Positions 23,782-40,342 of a stretch of 64,000 nucleotides of DNA are shown in pieces. How positions within the stretch are numbered: position 1 is the stretch's first letter; every line of letters starts with the position of its first letter. The position numbers were made by a program, and so were the translations under genes. The notes under the pieces are model-generated. The model searched no databases. It saw only the letters and a list, made by a program, of their open reading frames with translations, and was not told where the DNA came from. The DNA comes from Trichosphaerium sp. ATCC 40318 (lineage: Eukaryota > Protista > Tubulinea), in NCBI GenBank assembly GCA_038496445.1, contig JALMLS010000196.1, forward strand, positions 82,040 to 146,039, read 5' to 3'.

Positions 23782-24625
23782 CTAGTCTACTTCTGATAAC
23801 TTTGATGCTTGAGGAACTTCTTTGGGTTTTTGTGTGATATGCTTACCTGGAAAATGACTCTTAATACAGTGTGTTCCTCTTCTTGTTCTTATTGTGTACC
23901 ATACGATTCTGCGATTTCTTTACGATCTTCAGCTGACAAGAATTGTGGAGGCAATTGATAACATATTCGCGGAGGTCTTAACCACAACTTGAGGCGATAA
24001 GCATCAACACCATTTAAATAATATCTAGTTACAACGGTAAGAAAAAAATGAGTCATTTTGATTTTGAACATGTCAAAAGATTGACACATTGCGTGGTCGT
24101 TATACCTTAGTAATCGCTTGTCGCGCAAAAATCCAAGACCCTCGTATAGGCGCAGTGCAGCAGTGTTTGTTATTTCTGTTTCTAGAACGACTTCCTCACA
24201 ACCTTCTTCTTTCATGCTTATTATGGCTCTTTCTACAAGATGCTGACCTTTAAACAAGACGTAAATTAATAGAGCTGTTTGCCTTTGTGAATTGGACGTA
24301 CCCATCTTTCTACGCCTGTAGTCGTCATGTACAGCAAGCATTGCAATATAACCTCTGTATGCCTTTGCTTTGTGAATATCAAGCTTACAAACAATGGCTC
24401 CCACCACTTTGTCACCATCCAACGCCTGAACCATTAATTAAATACATTATTGTAAGCGAATCGCACCATCCACGTTAGTTTTGGCCAATTGTTTATAAAA
24501 TACCTATACGTGTATATACAGTACGGTTCTGAGAGGTTTGCTTCCATCAATTTCATAATGGGCTGCATTTGCGCCTCACTTGTAAATTGTTCATACGTCA
24601 ACTCTCCCTTTCCTGGTTCTGCCAT
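23782..24625 (-). CDS. NAA30: N-alpha-acetyltransferase 30 (NatC catalytic subunit, Mak3)
   Basis: [80 protein letters not shown]. Confidence 0.95.
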
Positions 24626-24746
24626 TTCGCACTACGGAGAGTCTGTAATTGTCTTGATCTGGTTTTTTTGCGTCGACCAACGTTTACTTTGCTTTAAAAC
24701 TTGTGCTTTTTTTGTTTATGTGCCACCACTAGCGTTGAAGTTTTAA

Positions 24747-27700
24747 ATGGCAAATCTTACGCGAGTGACCTCTACAGGAGCAGGCTTGACTCATAAAAAG
24801 AAAGACAAGACGTCAACCAGCTCCAAATCGGCTGTATTCAGCATTGAAATACGTAACTTGCGCCTAGAGGCGGTGCAGGGTGGTATTGGCTCTGTAAATA
24901 TCACTTTTAAAGTCTCTGAAGAGCGATGTGAACCAGTACACTTGAATGTGGCTAGTGGGTGCGCAAAGGGTGGAACAGATGACAAATGTTGCTTCAAGCC
25001 TACTTTTAAAGCCAAAGGCGACTCTTGGCACTCACGGGAGTTGACTATTATTTTACGAGCAGACGGAAAGGTTCGTCATCGTACGTTTCGCGTCTTAGTC
25101 GTTAAAAAAGATGTTAGGAAAAGCGTTTAGCCAAAAAGACGGTAGAATTGAATAAATACGTAAAACAGCACAAAGAGAAGTCTGTGTTCGTGATGTGTGA
25201 GGTATTATCCAAAAAAGAAGGGACAAAGGTAAATAATAAACAAATAAAAAACACGCAGCTAACAAAGTTTGAAGCTGCATTTCAAAATGCACGTGCAAAA
25301 GGATATTGAGCGCCCTGACAGCATACAGCGCATTGGCACTTCGTACGAAGACTCACACAAAACTTGCTTTATTTGTCATAACTTTTTTAGACACTCTCTA
25401 TCTGGGGCACGGTTTAAACTAAATCTATCGAGTCCTGGTTTCACCGATGTACCGAATTATTCTGGTGAAAGTTTACAAAGCGCGTAAGTGTGATGCGTGC
25501 ATCAGTCGCATGTTTTTTATTTTTTTTATTTCACCAAATGGGCGGTTTAAATCTTCTATTACAAATAAATCAGCAATAAAATTACCTCATACGTGTGTAG
25601 GAAGAGCCCACGTTCGCTCAAGACGCTAAAGAAGCGATCAAAACGAGCTGAGAGTGCAGGTGGCAAGACTGCTAGGGAAATTGAGCGACCAAAAGTGCAT
25701 GTACAAGTACCTAAACGAAAATCATCGGATTGGACGAGTGGTGCTGTGGATACTGATTTAACAATATTCTTACCTTAACCATAGCGCTTCCAGTTGACGA
25801 TTATTCAAGAGGATCTAAAGCAAGCAACAAGTTCATGGCTGACTATTTGGCACCGTTAGTATTTTATTTTACCTTGCTCTGTGGCGTAACTATGCACGTA
25901 GATCTTCTGAGAGGATTGGGAATGCTAGTAGCACTAGAGCTCCTTTAAGCTCGGATGCAACTGGTAGTGAACGTCTTACACACGGTTACTCTAAGCTTAG
26001 AGTAAGTGCTGGCGCTGGATCGTTGCGCAATGAAGTGCGCAAAGGTAAAGTAGGTTGGTCTACTTCAAAAAGTGCTTCAGGTAATCAAACTGGCTTTTTC
26101 TTTTATTTTTGTGATTAAGTGTATTTAGGTTTCAACGAACTCAACAAAGCTGAAGGAGGCGTCTCGTTTGGTAAAGAAACTAAAGGTGGATCAATGGACA
26201 ACACAAAAGAAAAGAGTGATACCCAAGCTGAACGTGCAGCGAAGCTTGCAAAGAAACGTGGTGCACATCGTCGTGCAAAGAGCGAAGATCCTCGGGCAAA
26301 GTGCGGATTCCTCACAGAGTTCTTTTTTTTTTTTTTGACTGATGTAGGCGCAAAACAACTGCGGCGTCATTTCAGTGCTTTGATATCGCTGGTTCTCGAG
26401 GTGCTGAGCGTGGTTTAGTAAAATCAAGTGATATGGTGGCCAAGGAACTTAGAGAAGAGGATGAACAATATTTAGTGGTATGTTTGGTTTTATCTTTGTT
26501 TTCAACTAAAAAATTTCGTTGCAGGAGCAATTGATTGAACGTGGGAATTTTCAATTTACTGACTCTGGTATATCTATGCTTTCATACATCATTTTTCGGT
26601 GTATGAGGCATTGGAAATGCTTTGAAGCAAACCCTGGGTTCCTTGACAGTCTGTTAGTTTCACTTCCAAAAGTAATTGAGGTATGTCTGAGTTGCGTTTA
26701 TTTTTTTTGTGCTTATTATGTTCTAGATTTCAAAGGATAGGAGACCTCTTGTTTGTTATTGGCTAGCAACGTGCCATGATCTCTTACATTTTGTAATTCA
26801 AGAGAGTGAGCAAACAAACTGCACCAATGATGACTTGCAACAATTTATCATGGATTTGAAGGATGTAGTTGCACAAGCATACAGGAATCTGATAAGATTA
26901 ATGAAACAGGTAACAAATACCAATGCGATTGATTGATTTTTTTTTAAATATCAGCGCTTACAAGTTACTTGTGACGCTGTAAATCTATTCCTCTCGTTTT
27001 GTTTTAGTCGAAACTGATTTTATTACTAACGCCGTGCAGGAAGTTAAAACGATAATTGTGCCTGCGATTCTGCATGCACCATCTCCTTTGGATGAACCGT
27101 ACGCGTTTGGTCTCTATGCTGAGTCTTATAGTTTTTTAATTAGAAAGGAACAGTCTATTAATGTACTGCAATTACTTACTAGTATGGTTGATCAACTGAA
27201 AGCAAATCACATTGCACATGAAGTGTCAAATCAGTTTTATGTAGACACTTTCCGTTATTTGAATGTACGTGCAATCTGTTCATTTATGAAATCATTTTGC
27301 GACCAGTCAAAAAGGAATCTGTTCTGACATTTATCTACAGGCCACTCTTTTGAACGCATTTCTTGGGAAAGAGAATGATGTTTGTAAGTGCTCTGTTGGT
27401 CTTACTGTAAAAATGCAACTTGGATCTCTCGATGATTGGACTGCTTCGCATATGGAGCAAGACACAGCAACAGATTGTATCCAACAGGTACAGAAATGGT
27501 GATTTTTATTGTCTAATTTTTTCAATAGTTGGACATGGTGAAGCAAGGCGTTAACGTTTTGAGTGTAAATAAAGAGCAACTCGCTGATGAGGCACTTCGT
27601 AAGGACATATGTCCTGGACTTTCAATACAACAACTCTGCCTTATTTTACGAAATGTACAACCAGATCAGTACGGTTTTACATTTTTTGGTTTTTGTACTT

Positions 27701-27959
27701 GTTTACTAATTGCTTTCTTCACAGATTTGACCCTGAGCCAAACACTGATAAAGTATTATCTCTTTTGGACGAAGGAAATGCAACTGGGGATTCTTTTTAC
27801 CTACCAGAAGAGGATCAAGACGATCTTTATGTGGATTTTACAGAAGAAGATCCTATTGAATATGGCACTATAGAGTGCCCTCCTAGTGTTTATGAAACAC
27901 GTGTGCGATTCAGTTTTCTACGCGACAAGATATCTGTAGACTCTAGCACGCCATGGTGA
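24747..27959 (+). CDS. Protein with N-terminal C2-like region and C-terminal Dilute (DIL, myosin V cargo-type) domain
   Basis: FRCMRHWKCF, CYWLATC, QFYVDTFRYLNATLLNAFL, CSVGLTVKMQLGSLDDW, KQGVNVL and ICPGLSIQQLCLILRNVQPDQFD match DIL. The C2 call is weaker. Confidence 0.8.
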
Positions 27960-28088
27960 GTATTCTCACCAATGTACAGTATCGCATTATTTGCGTATGT
28001 AAATACAGCAGCAACTACGCATTTGCTTACTTTTGAAGCAGTTTTTTTGGTACAAATTACTTTTTTTATTTAATTTGAGGTTAAAGTA

Positions 28089-29190
28089 TTAGATTTTCCC
28101 CTTCTTTTTCTGGTCGTTTATTATCTGTTCCTTGGCTTGTCCAGTGATTTCTATAACACCAGGCATATTCTTTAGTTTTGCTGTGCCGTATCTAGATGGT
28201 TGTTAGTTCACTAGTACCGCATGATGACTCTTACTTTAAGTGTTTTCCGAAAAATGCCATCAAATCTCTACTCTCAGTCTGGGTATGATAATTAGGACAT
28301 CAAAGGTTTACTTAATTTCGTACCGCATCGCAAATCATTGAATGTCCTTTATTGTATTGTTTCCATGTAATTGCGTGAGTCTTGATTTTAGAATTGACAC
28401 ATTTCATAAGAAAATCAAACTAGATAACAAATAAGAGATGATTACTTTTCCTACTTATTTCTTATGGTGAACGTACACTTCGTTTGGCGGTTGCTAAAGG
28501 TATGGCTTTATCACGTGTACCATGTGTCACTAGAATAGGTGGTAAAGATGTAGTAGTCACCGCGTCAGTTGCTGCGAGTGTAAATTCTGGTAGTATGCTG
28601 CTAGATACACATATACATCCACCAAATTGTTGTTCTTGCCAATGTAACACAGTGTCAAGTGCAACTTGCGCTCCCTTTTATTATAACGTGAGTCTCTAAC
28701 TTAGAAAGGAGTGGTAAGGAACACATACCTGTGAGAAACCAAGGAAGAACATGTCTGAGAAAGCAAAGTTGTACTTGTCACGTAATACCTCCACCACTTG
28801 TTTTATTGGCCCACGCAATGCCTCGAGTGCTTTTCGGCGTTCAATAGAAAATGGAATTGCTGTACGTTTATGTAAGGTGATAGAACGTTACGCAACTTAC
28901 GTGCGTTCTCCTTGGGGTGTAAATGATGGCAACCAACAGAATCCAATGTCTAAAATTGGCCGTGGAGCTTGTAGTGCTATCCAAGAAGTGTTTGGCAATT
29001 TCATTGACTCGCCAAGCTTAGCGTAGGGCTACAGGGCATTAAGGAGGGATTTTAACTGTTAATTTTGATGTACCTTTGGCGTGTCACCTACACCATGTAG
29101 TAAAATGAGTAAATTCATGCTGTTAGGTGCAATATGGCCAATAAAGTTGTTAAAAGGGCTTGGGAAGTCACTTTGCTTAAAGCTAGTCAT
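28089..29190 (-). CDS. Phospholipase/carboxylesterase (acyl-protein thioesterase-like alpha/beta hydrolase)
   Basis: LLILLHGVGD, nucleophile GFSQGA, ILVTHGTRDKAIP and KGHSM. Confidence 0.9.
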
Positions 29191-29300
29191 TTTAGAACTG
29201 TCAGTGTAGTTCTATTCGCTGTGGAGTGATGCTGGTTGTAGCCGTTGTTTTTGAAAGTCAAAACTGAGTCTTTTTCACTGCGTGTTGCTTGTAGCTTGCT

Positions 29301-31056
29301 ATGGCGAAGACCTTCGTTGGCTTTCGCCAAGTTAGACACAGAAAACAAACAAAGAGCCCAAAATTAAGTAGAATACAGCAGTTTGACGCTATCGCCGATC
29401 AGTACGCGCGCTTCACGCCCTTGACCACTAAAGTGCATTTAGTTTAAACATAAAGGTTCTTGATGATTTTTACAACGTGACATGGCTTAATTTGGTCGAT
29501 GCAGGAGCAGGAGCGCTATTGAGACAGTAAGTAACTGATACGAATAGCTTCTAGGTAGTTAAAAAGTAACAAGCACATAGATTCCGTAATTCTACGTTCA
29601 GAGCGCTTAGTATATTGTACCCAGAACATGAGTGGAAACCATGGAAATTTACGTAAGTGACACTTGAAAAAAATTGATTGACATTTATTTCGTTTATAGA
29701 CACGCTCCACATAATCACTGGGAGTCCGTAGAGCATCAAGTTTCGTTTATTAATGATTATGCAAAACGTTACAATATTAAGACTTGTGATGGCTTTTACA
29801 CTGTCAGTTGGACTGACATAAATGAAAATGGAGGAGCTTCAGTGATACATAAGTACGTGTAGCTTTTTCTTTTGACACATTAGTAAAAATAAGGTTTATT
29901 TAATTTTGTTGCTAGATATAATTTTTCAATGTTGAGTATGTTGCGTGCGTTGTGCCCACACTATGACTGGCAAGCTTGGAAATTCGCGTATGTATATTAG
30001 ACGTTTCTAAGACCTGAGCTAAGTACAAATCAGGTCATCACGAATGTCACATTGGGGAGAGCGGTCTCGTCAACACTCCAAATTAAATGCAGTTGCTGCG
30101 TCTCTTGGTGTGAAAACTTTAGAAGATTGGTTCCTAGTTACAAAGGAAGACGTAATCGCATTAGGCGGTAGAGTAGTATTACAAGTGTACGTGCATTTAT
30201 TCGTTACATTGCGTAATTTCTTAAGGCATTCTGGCTCGTTAGAAGCCACATTGACAGCTCTTTTCCCAAAGTTTGAGTGGAAGCTTGGTAGATTTGCGTA
30301 CGTGACTATGACATGGTTGTAATGGCTCATCTATACACTAGTCGCAAACGACTACCATACGCCACGGTTGTAAAACGTAGTGTTTTTGATAGAGTAGCAA
30401 ACTCTTTAGGCATCACAACCCTCTCTGACTGGTATAACGTTCCCACAGATGCTGTATATAGCTCGGAGCTTAGAGGAATTATGAACACGTAAGCTTAGGA
30501 ATGGATATTACAATATACTGACAGCGTTTTATCCAGATACAAGTCTCTTTCTAAAGCCCTTATAGCTGTGTATCCGGAGCACAACTGGCACCGCTGGCAC
30601 TTTTGGTAAAAAGCTACAAAGCAGTTAGTATAATACTAACTAGTTTTTTGCTATAAAGGCGTCAGCATAGAGAAGCTTTACCAATCGGGTATTGGCACGA
30701 ACGTAAGAATCAGTTTGAGTTCTTGCGAAATATAGAAGCAACATACAGCGTCACTAAGGCGACATGGTACTGCAGTTTACCTTTTGTTGTTGAACAACCG
30801 CTCACTACTATATCAAGGCCTAGTGTCTCCATCCAACAGATTTGCAAGTTGGGCGGACACGGTATTCTGTCTTACTACCCTCATATACTATCACAGTACT
30901 ATCCGGAGGTCCCTTGGCGTTGGCAGGAGTTTTCCTCCGTCACAAAGAGATCAAACCAAAGGTAAACTAAACTACTCTAGTTTAATTGAACAAAAAACCT
31001 AAATTTCATACAGACACCTTACATCACGTGCCAAAGGGCTCTTTGCTGGAGCATAA
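29301..31056 (+). CDS. Tandem ~70-aa 'DWY' repeat protein (5 repeats), nuclease domain absent
   Basis: Repeats such as LGVKTLEDWFLVTKEDVIALGG..HSGSLEATLTALFPKFEWKLGRF and LGITTLSDWYNV..YKSLSKALIAVYPEHNWHRWHF; ends KRSNQRHLTSRAKGLFAGA*. Confidence 0.85.
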
Positions 31057-31475
31057 AACGTCCTTAACTGCAATTATTGCCAAGGAAACCTTTCTGACTC
31101 CCAAAAAGTCACACATCGATGTCTATCGTTTGTAGGCTGCGCAATGCAGATCCTAGTTTGTACTGTGCGGAGGACATATTTGTTCCGTAACGAAGGTGGT
31201 CTAACAATAGCGACAACAATCGCGATGAAAGCACACACCCCATAAAAAACCTGCCAGCAACTTGTCAGAGCGTTGTATGCGAATCCGGAATACCAGAGGA
31301 CATTTAATACACAAATCAGAGCCTATTAAAATGCACGCAAATTGGCACATTCGCACCGCCCACGTGCAGCCAGTACAGAAAAATTGTAGCTGTACGAAAA
31401 TTAATAAAAGTCAGTGCTTTTTTTTTTTCTTCTCTTTGTGATTTTTTTTAAGGAGTTCAAACCAAAGCAGCACCT

Positions 31476-33822
<2,347 letters not shown>

Positions 33823-34163
33823 AATCACACAAAATATTCAAAAAAAAAGTAGTGTGCTTTTTGTACAAAGGTGTTATGGTTTAGAATAAATGATTAAGTT
33901 GACGTATGACTGTTTTCTTTCGCTTTTGTGGACGTGGTGTTAAGGTACGTTGGTTAAGGTGCAATTCAAAACAAGGCGATAATGTCAGTGTTGAATTGTA
34001 CAGTGGTAGGTTTTTTTTATTTTCCCCTACAATAGTTTTTGCCGCTTTCTCGGATTTGGTGCGCATTCAGCTTGCATGCTTGCAAGGTACTGTTCATTTA
34101 AAGTAGTTAAGTCTCCATACTGCCTATAACAATGGATTAGGAGTACGGCCTAGATAAAAGTAC

Positions 34164-35056
34164 TCACTGAGAATTTTGTTGTTTTGCAGAAAAGAGTGTG
34201 AGCATGCGATCAATCTGTGGTCTAAAGGTACTCAATTTAAGCTGGTAGACTGACCTTGCCCTATTTTTTGTTGAACAAAATTAGCATCACATGATGTCGA
34301 ATTCCATCGTACCAAGTACGTTCATTGTGCCAATTCACTTGGTGTTCTGCAAGTAAATCTTGCATGTTAAAATTTCCTTCTCTGCGCACTACCCACTTCT
34401 ATAAGCGTTGTTAGTAAGATGTCGTTCATTAATGTATATTACATCAAAGTCCTCTGCTGTGTACTTCTTAGCATGCTCCGGTTTGGGTGGGAGAGCGACT
34501 TCAAGTGGCTTTGGTTTTGCTAAGGCAATCCCTCTCTGTTCGGTCATTTCGCTCTAGTGAACAATTACGAATTCGGAGGCCTAACTACCCAAATGCGTGC
34601 CTTTTCGTTTTCTGGTATGGTATGTCTGTCAGACGCCCACTCTCTCAGAAGAGCGTAAAACGATGCGTCCTTAGGCAAGTCCAAGTTTATTGCTCGTTTC
34701 CTCACCATAACTTCGCCACTGGGGCCACTTTTTAAGTGATTAGGTTGGTACCACAATTTGTGCAAACAATGACAAAAAAAATAAATACGAACCGTTGTGA
34801 CCGTTGCGGCGTCACTTTGGTAGCAGCGCTACGCAAAGGAGATGGTCTTGTCACTATTTTAGTAGGCGTAAAATGTTAGCTCATTCCGGTGTAAGGTTTC
34901 TGTTTGAAAAACAAGCGAACGAGCTATCGTACGTTCTCTTGTGTTGTTTTGGGCAGGATCAGGCATCTGATTATCGGTGTAGTATTCTAACATCTTTTCC
35001 GTCGGTTTTGGCGTGCGACTGCTACGTCGCCTTTCTAGGCGATCTCTTCTTGACAT
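34164..35056 (-). CDS. LIN37: LIN37-like (MuvB/DREAM complex subunit)
   Basis: RKRAINLDLPKDASFYALLREWASD resembles the LIN37 'R.VDL..F.....LY..CR.W' block; C-term DLLAEHQVNWHNERTW resembles the second LIN37 block. Confidence 0.6.
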
Positions 35057-35439
35057 GACGGGTACTTTCAGCTCCAGAAGGTTCGCGGTACGTGTTTTCA
35101 AATAGAAAGCTCTACTTTTCGAAACTAAGGTGTGTAAGTGCCGTTATGGATAGGGTAATAAACTGTGTGAACAGTAATAGATCACCTAATAGCAACTGTG
35201 GCGATTTCAGATACAAGCCATTACCACGAGATGAGGGTCCCGAAATGAGTTGGTGTTTGTGAGAGTAACCGTTTTGAGGCGCTAGTGCGTTTAAAACAAA
35301 AAGAAAGTAAAAGAACGTCTACATTTTCACACAACGACCAATTTTTACACTAAATGCCATAACTGTTTCGTTGCTTACGATAATGAACGCCCTATTTGCG
35401 ATAATGGTTACAGCGCACGGTTTAGCCTTCATTTAACCA

Positions 35440-37754
35440 ATGAATACCCTAACCCGCTCAAAGCTTATAGAAACGCTTAACGTGGTGTCACGGGGTAATG
35501 TTACGCGTATAACACCAAAATGTACGATTATTTTATTACATCTACTCTAACGCGTGTACAAGGTATGTACCGCGCTTACAAGCCATCTGTCAAGCATGAT
35601 GCCTTTACTTCACTGCAACAAGTGTTGAATAACTCTGTTTGCCCTAAACACCGCGTTTTTACAATATCAGATTGGCAACGCATCGATTCAAGAGGCATTA
35701 TGGGTTTTGACGCCCAGATTGACAGGGCATTGGAAGAGTGCGTGTGTCATTATCTTTAACCGCTTACTTACACCGTTGAATAACAGGAGAGAGTACTCTT
35801 TGTACAGTTTAGTTGGCTGGCTAATGCCTGAACACAAATTTCGAATAACTGACTTTTTGTACGTCATTTTTGTGTCAAATTTTTTGGGTCTGATCTCTTT
35901 CAGAGTCGTGTCCCATGGACATTGGACATCTCCCAAGCACCGAAGGACTGCCTTAAATGTAGTTGCACAGTCTAAGGGTGTGAAGGTACTAGAGGACTGG
36001 TACAACTTTACAGGCGTGGATATATTTCGACAAGGCTATGGCTCGCTAATTAATCGGTATTAACATCGGATGTTACCCTCTTTTAAACAATTGTATATGT
36101 AGGTATCAGTACTCCCTTTATGACCTTCTTGTTGCATCATTTCCTTTCTATGAATGGAATCAATTCAATTTTCGAGAGACATGGCTTTCACAACAGCATG
36201 CATGGCTAGATAAGGTTGGTAAGCGTCATGGTATTAAAACCTTATCAGGGTGGTATAATTTCAGTCGCGCAGAGGTATTTGATGTTGTAGATGCACCCAA
36301 GTTTTTGTATGTTCGCCTCTTTCTTCAGATAAATATTTACCCTTCAATGTCAGGTTCAAAAAAACGCCACGGCTTGCTGATTTATTGCGAAGAATCTATC
36401 CTAACTATGACTGGAAAGATTACTTATTCAAGATTGCAGCTATTGGGGCGCATGATGACACCACATTACTACGGGAACACTTTAATGACATTGCGCGAAC
36501 ATTAGGTGTTAAATGTTTGGACGATTGGTATCATATACAGGCTGCTCAAGTTTCTCAAGTTGCAAAACATAGTACATTAAAAAAGTGAGTAAGATTCGTT
36601 TAATGCTTTTATATATTAACACGGCATAGGTATTCTTTGTCACTTGTGAAGGCCCTCAAAGATATATACTCTGAAAAGGACTGGGAGGATTGGAGATTCG
36701 GGTACAAATAAGGATGGTGCTTCGAAGATAACCTCTTATTTAGTACTGGATCACATGGTTACTCTAATTTTATGCGAAGACATAAAATGACTCTTGAAAC
36801 AGCTGCTGAAGCTCTTGGATTAAAAATTGTAGATGATTGGCAACGTATTTCAACTACCCAATTTGGTGAGATGGCTCAACCTGTGTTAAATGCGTTTAAT
36901 AACTCGATGAGAAATGCGCTTACTGCAATATTCCCTGGCCACAAGTGGGATTTAAACATGCCGCTATACCCTCCTAATCACTGGGATATCCAGAGGCGAA
37001 GAGTCTCATTTTTGCGGTCTGTGGAGCAAAAGTTTAATCTCACCAATCCGGAAATGTGGTATGTTGATTTTTATTGACTGTCGTTCTTTCTTACAGTATT
37101 TAGGTATCGCGTGCCTGTTTCGGATATATTTAAAAATGCAAATGGATTACGTCGCCACTTTTTACACGACCTTGAAACATTGCATCCGAACTATGGATGG
37201 GCTTGGGAAAACTTTGGAAGACTAACAAAAAAGGCGACTCAGAAGTACTTTACCGTTGTCATTTGAGTTTCCTTAACCCACGTGCTAGGCGGCTAATAAA
37301 TGCTCTTCAAAGAATTTTACCGGGTGTTCTTATCGAAGAAGAACTCTACATTGGCACTGGAGTCAATGACGCGATTACTGTTGATGTGTTTTTACCACAA
37401 TTTAGTGTGGCCTTGGAGTATCAGGGTAACAAGAACTTTTAATGACAATTTTGCTGAGTACAATTAGGTGAACACCATTATCAAAGCACATTTACTTATG
37501 GTAATCCTGTAAGTGTGTATCAAGCCAGGGATGCAGAGAAAAGAGAGTATTGTGACAATGCTGGGATCACTCTTATTCCAATTCCTTATTGGTGGGACGG
37601 TAGCGCAGCTGAGCTGGCTTCTCGAATTGATGCCCATAGACCAGATTTAAACCTCAGCACCGAGAAGTTGATACCACGACAACCGCAGCTCGGGATTGTA
37701 GAACACAAGTTGCCATTCAAAGGCATGATGGTAACAGAAAGTGCAACAGTGTGA
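35440..37754 (+). CDS. Tandem 'DWY' repeat protein (6 repeats) with C-terminal PD-(D/E)xK (RAP/DUF559-like) nuclease domain
   Basis: Repeats GVKVLEDWYNF, GIKTLSGWYNF, GVKCLDDWYHI, GLKIVDDWQRI. C-term TVDVFLPQFSVALEYQGEHHY...RDAEKREYCDNAGITLIPIPYWWD. Confidence 0.88.
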
Positions 37755-37897
37755 GGCACCGCGTTTGATGTAGAGAAACTGTACAGTAGCAATATATAAA
37801 GTAACATATAAAAGAATGGACCTCCCATTATATTTCTATTGTTGAATCACGTGTCAAACCATTTCAAAGTCAGTTCGGTTAAGGTTTTAGCAACATC

Positions 37898-40301
37898 ATG
37901 TCACATGTCAAAAATGATGAAACAACCGCACTTCTCTTGACGGATGATGAGTTTAACAAGACAGGCGCGGATTCTGTCGAAATTACTTTAGTAGAGCAAA
38001 AAAAACGCACTGGTTGTTGGCAAACGACAAAAAAAATACCGTTTGGGCTGATTGTGGGCTTAATTGGATTTTTCGCATTCTTGTTCATACCAATTAATAA
38101 AACCAGCCCAAAGTCAAACCAGCAATCACACACGCTTGGTACTTTGTAAACAATGGCAACTGAACCTTCATGACGATTGAAATTAGGCGTACTAATCTTA
38201 ATGATGTCATGGTGGTTTACAGAAGCTCTTCCACTTGCTATCACTTCTATGGTGCCTCTTGTGCTTTTTCCTGTGTTAGGCACGTGCTGAAGCACAAAAC
38301 GCTTTCCCAAAAAACACAACTTTGCTGAATTTAGACATTACCACAGGTGTATTGTCTTTGGAGGAAACTGCATCAGAGTATTCAAACAACGTAATTTTCT
38401 TGCTTGCAGGAGGATTTATGATAGCACTGGTACATCCTTTTTCGGTATTCACTCTCTCAAAGAGTTTGTTAAGGCAGTAGAAAAGTGGAATTTGCACAAA
38501 AGAGTTGCGTTTGCTTTCTTGTTAAAGGTAAACATGTGACACAAGGCGGTTTATTCGGACTCAACACTACTGCAGGTCGGAACATCTCAAACGCGCATTT
38601 TCATCGGCTTGATGTGCGTCACAGCGTTCTTCAGTATGTGGATGGCTAACACTACTGCTACCTTGGTACAACCAGTGTTGTGATGCATGTTAACACTGAT
38701 AAGGTCATGACACCAGTAGCAACGGCTCTCAGTCAAGCGCTAAATTCCCCTCCAAATATTCTGAAAGGTTGGCTTCTTGGCATCGCATATTCTGCTAGTA
38801 TTGCCGGAACCTCAACGCCTATAGGTGCTTGACAACTATTGGTACATATGCTCACTATTTGAAGGATCTCCGCCCAACTTGGTGTTAATCAAGCTGCTTA
38901 ATGAATTCTATCCTAACTCTCCTGAACTTTCTTTCCCTGTATGGATGTTGTTTGGTGTACCGTTAATGATTGTTGGTCTTTTGGTACCTCAATAACACGT
39001 GTACTACTCACTTACCATTTTCTTTGGATATTGGGAGTTGCATTGTGGATCATGTGGATACGTAAATCAAAGCGTAACCGTGTGGAAATATCTGATCTAT
39101 CTAATCCGGATGATTTTATTGCCAATGGCATTGTATCTAGCAAAACCTATCTTAGACAACAGCTAGACAAGCTAGGACCTATTGCAACTTGTGAATGGAT
39201 TATAATGGTACAGACATCTACTTTTCTATTTCTAAGTAACCAAATTTGATTAGGTAGACTTTTTGATTGTTGTATCTTTGTGGATATTTAGACCTGACAT
39301 AAACTTTTCGTCTGGAAAGTGCAACCCTTGGAAAGGTATGTTGTTCCAATTACATTTGTGTTAATATAACGATTTGAAGGCTGTATGCCTGGTTGGGCAT
39401 CTTTGTTATCAATGCCAACATACGTGGCAGACAGTTGTGTTGCAATGTTTGGTGCTATTCCTCTTTTTTTCATACCTGCTTTTGATGGCACTAAAAAGCA
39501 TGTATTTGTATTGTTTCACACTAATAAAGTTAGCAAAATAATGGATTTCGAAACGTGCAGGAAAAATCTACCGTGGGGAGTATTGTGGCTGATGGGTTTG
39601 TTCTATGTAGCCTATTGTATACTAAATATTTATTTAAAGGCGGTGGATTTGCTTTGGCGCGGGCTATAGCATCAAGTGGTCTTGCTGAGTTCATAGGTGA
39701 ACAGCTAGTGTCAATAAAAACGTGGCCTCCAGAGGCATTGTTGCTACTTGTTTGTACGTCACTGATTTGTGTTGCTAAATTTATAATTTATTTTAGTGGT
39801 TCTTATTGTGTGGTTGACAGAATTTGTAAATAACACAGCCGCCAGTCAGATATTTATAACGATGTACGTGCAGTATAGTTGCAGCCCAATAAGCTTACCT
39901 GCGTAGATTGGCCAGCATTTCATCCGAGATTTTGGTACATCCATTCTACCTCTGTGTTCCAGCTGCACTAGCCACTTCCTTTGCATTTTGCTTACCTACA
40001 GCGTAAGATATCTCATTTATCCTTTTTCTTTTGCTCATCCAATTCTAGTACAGCACCTAATGCCATTGTATTTGCTACCAACAAGTTGCGTATAACAGAC
40101 ATGGTACCACATTCTAAACTTTTATTACTGTTTTTCATCCTGCTTAACTTTGTTTATCAGATAAAAACAGGAGTGTTGCTAAACATTATCATGAGTTTAT
40201 TGGTTTATGTAATGTGGTTAGCGCTTGGCCCCGTTGTATATAATGCACGTGCGCGTGATTTCCCTGAATGGGGTTTTTTAAATGATACAAGTGTAATTTG
40301 A
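37898..40301 (+). CDS. SLC13/DASS family sodium:anion symporter
   Basis: [72 protein letters not shown] and TAPNAIVF. Confidence 0.93.
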
Positions 40302-40342
40302 AGCAAGATGACAATAAAATCTTTTAGATATATCTATTATTA

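Noticed and set aside
31057-31300. Relic nuclease exon downstream of the first repeat gene
   Set aside because: Only a weak HIDVY match in another frame; no EYQG or IPYWW motif.
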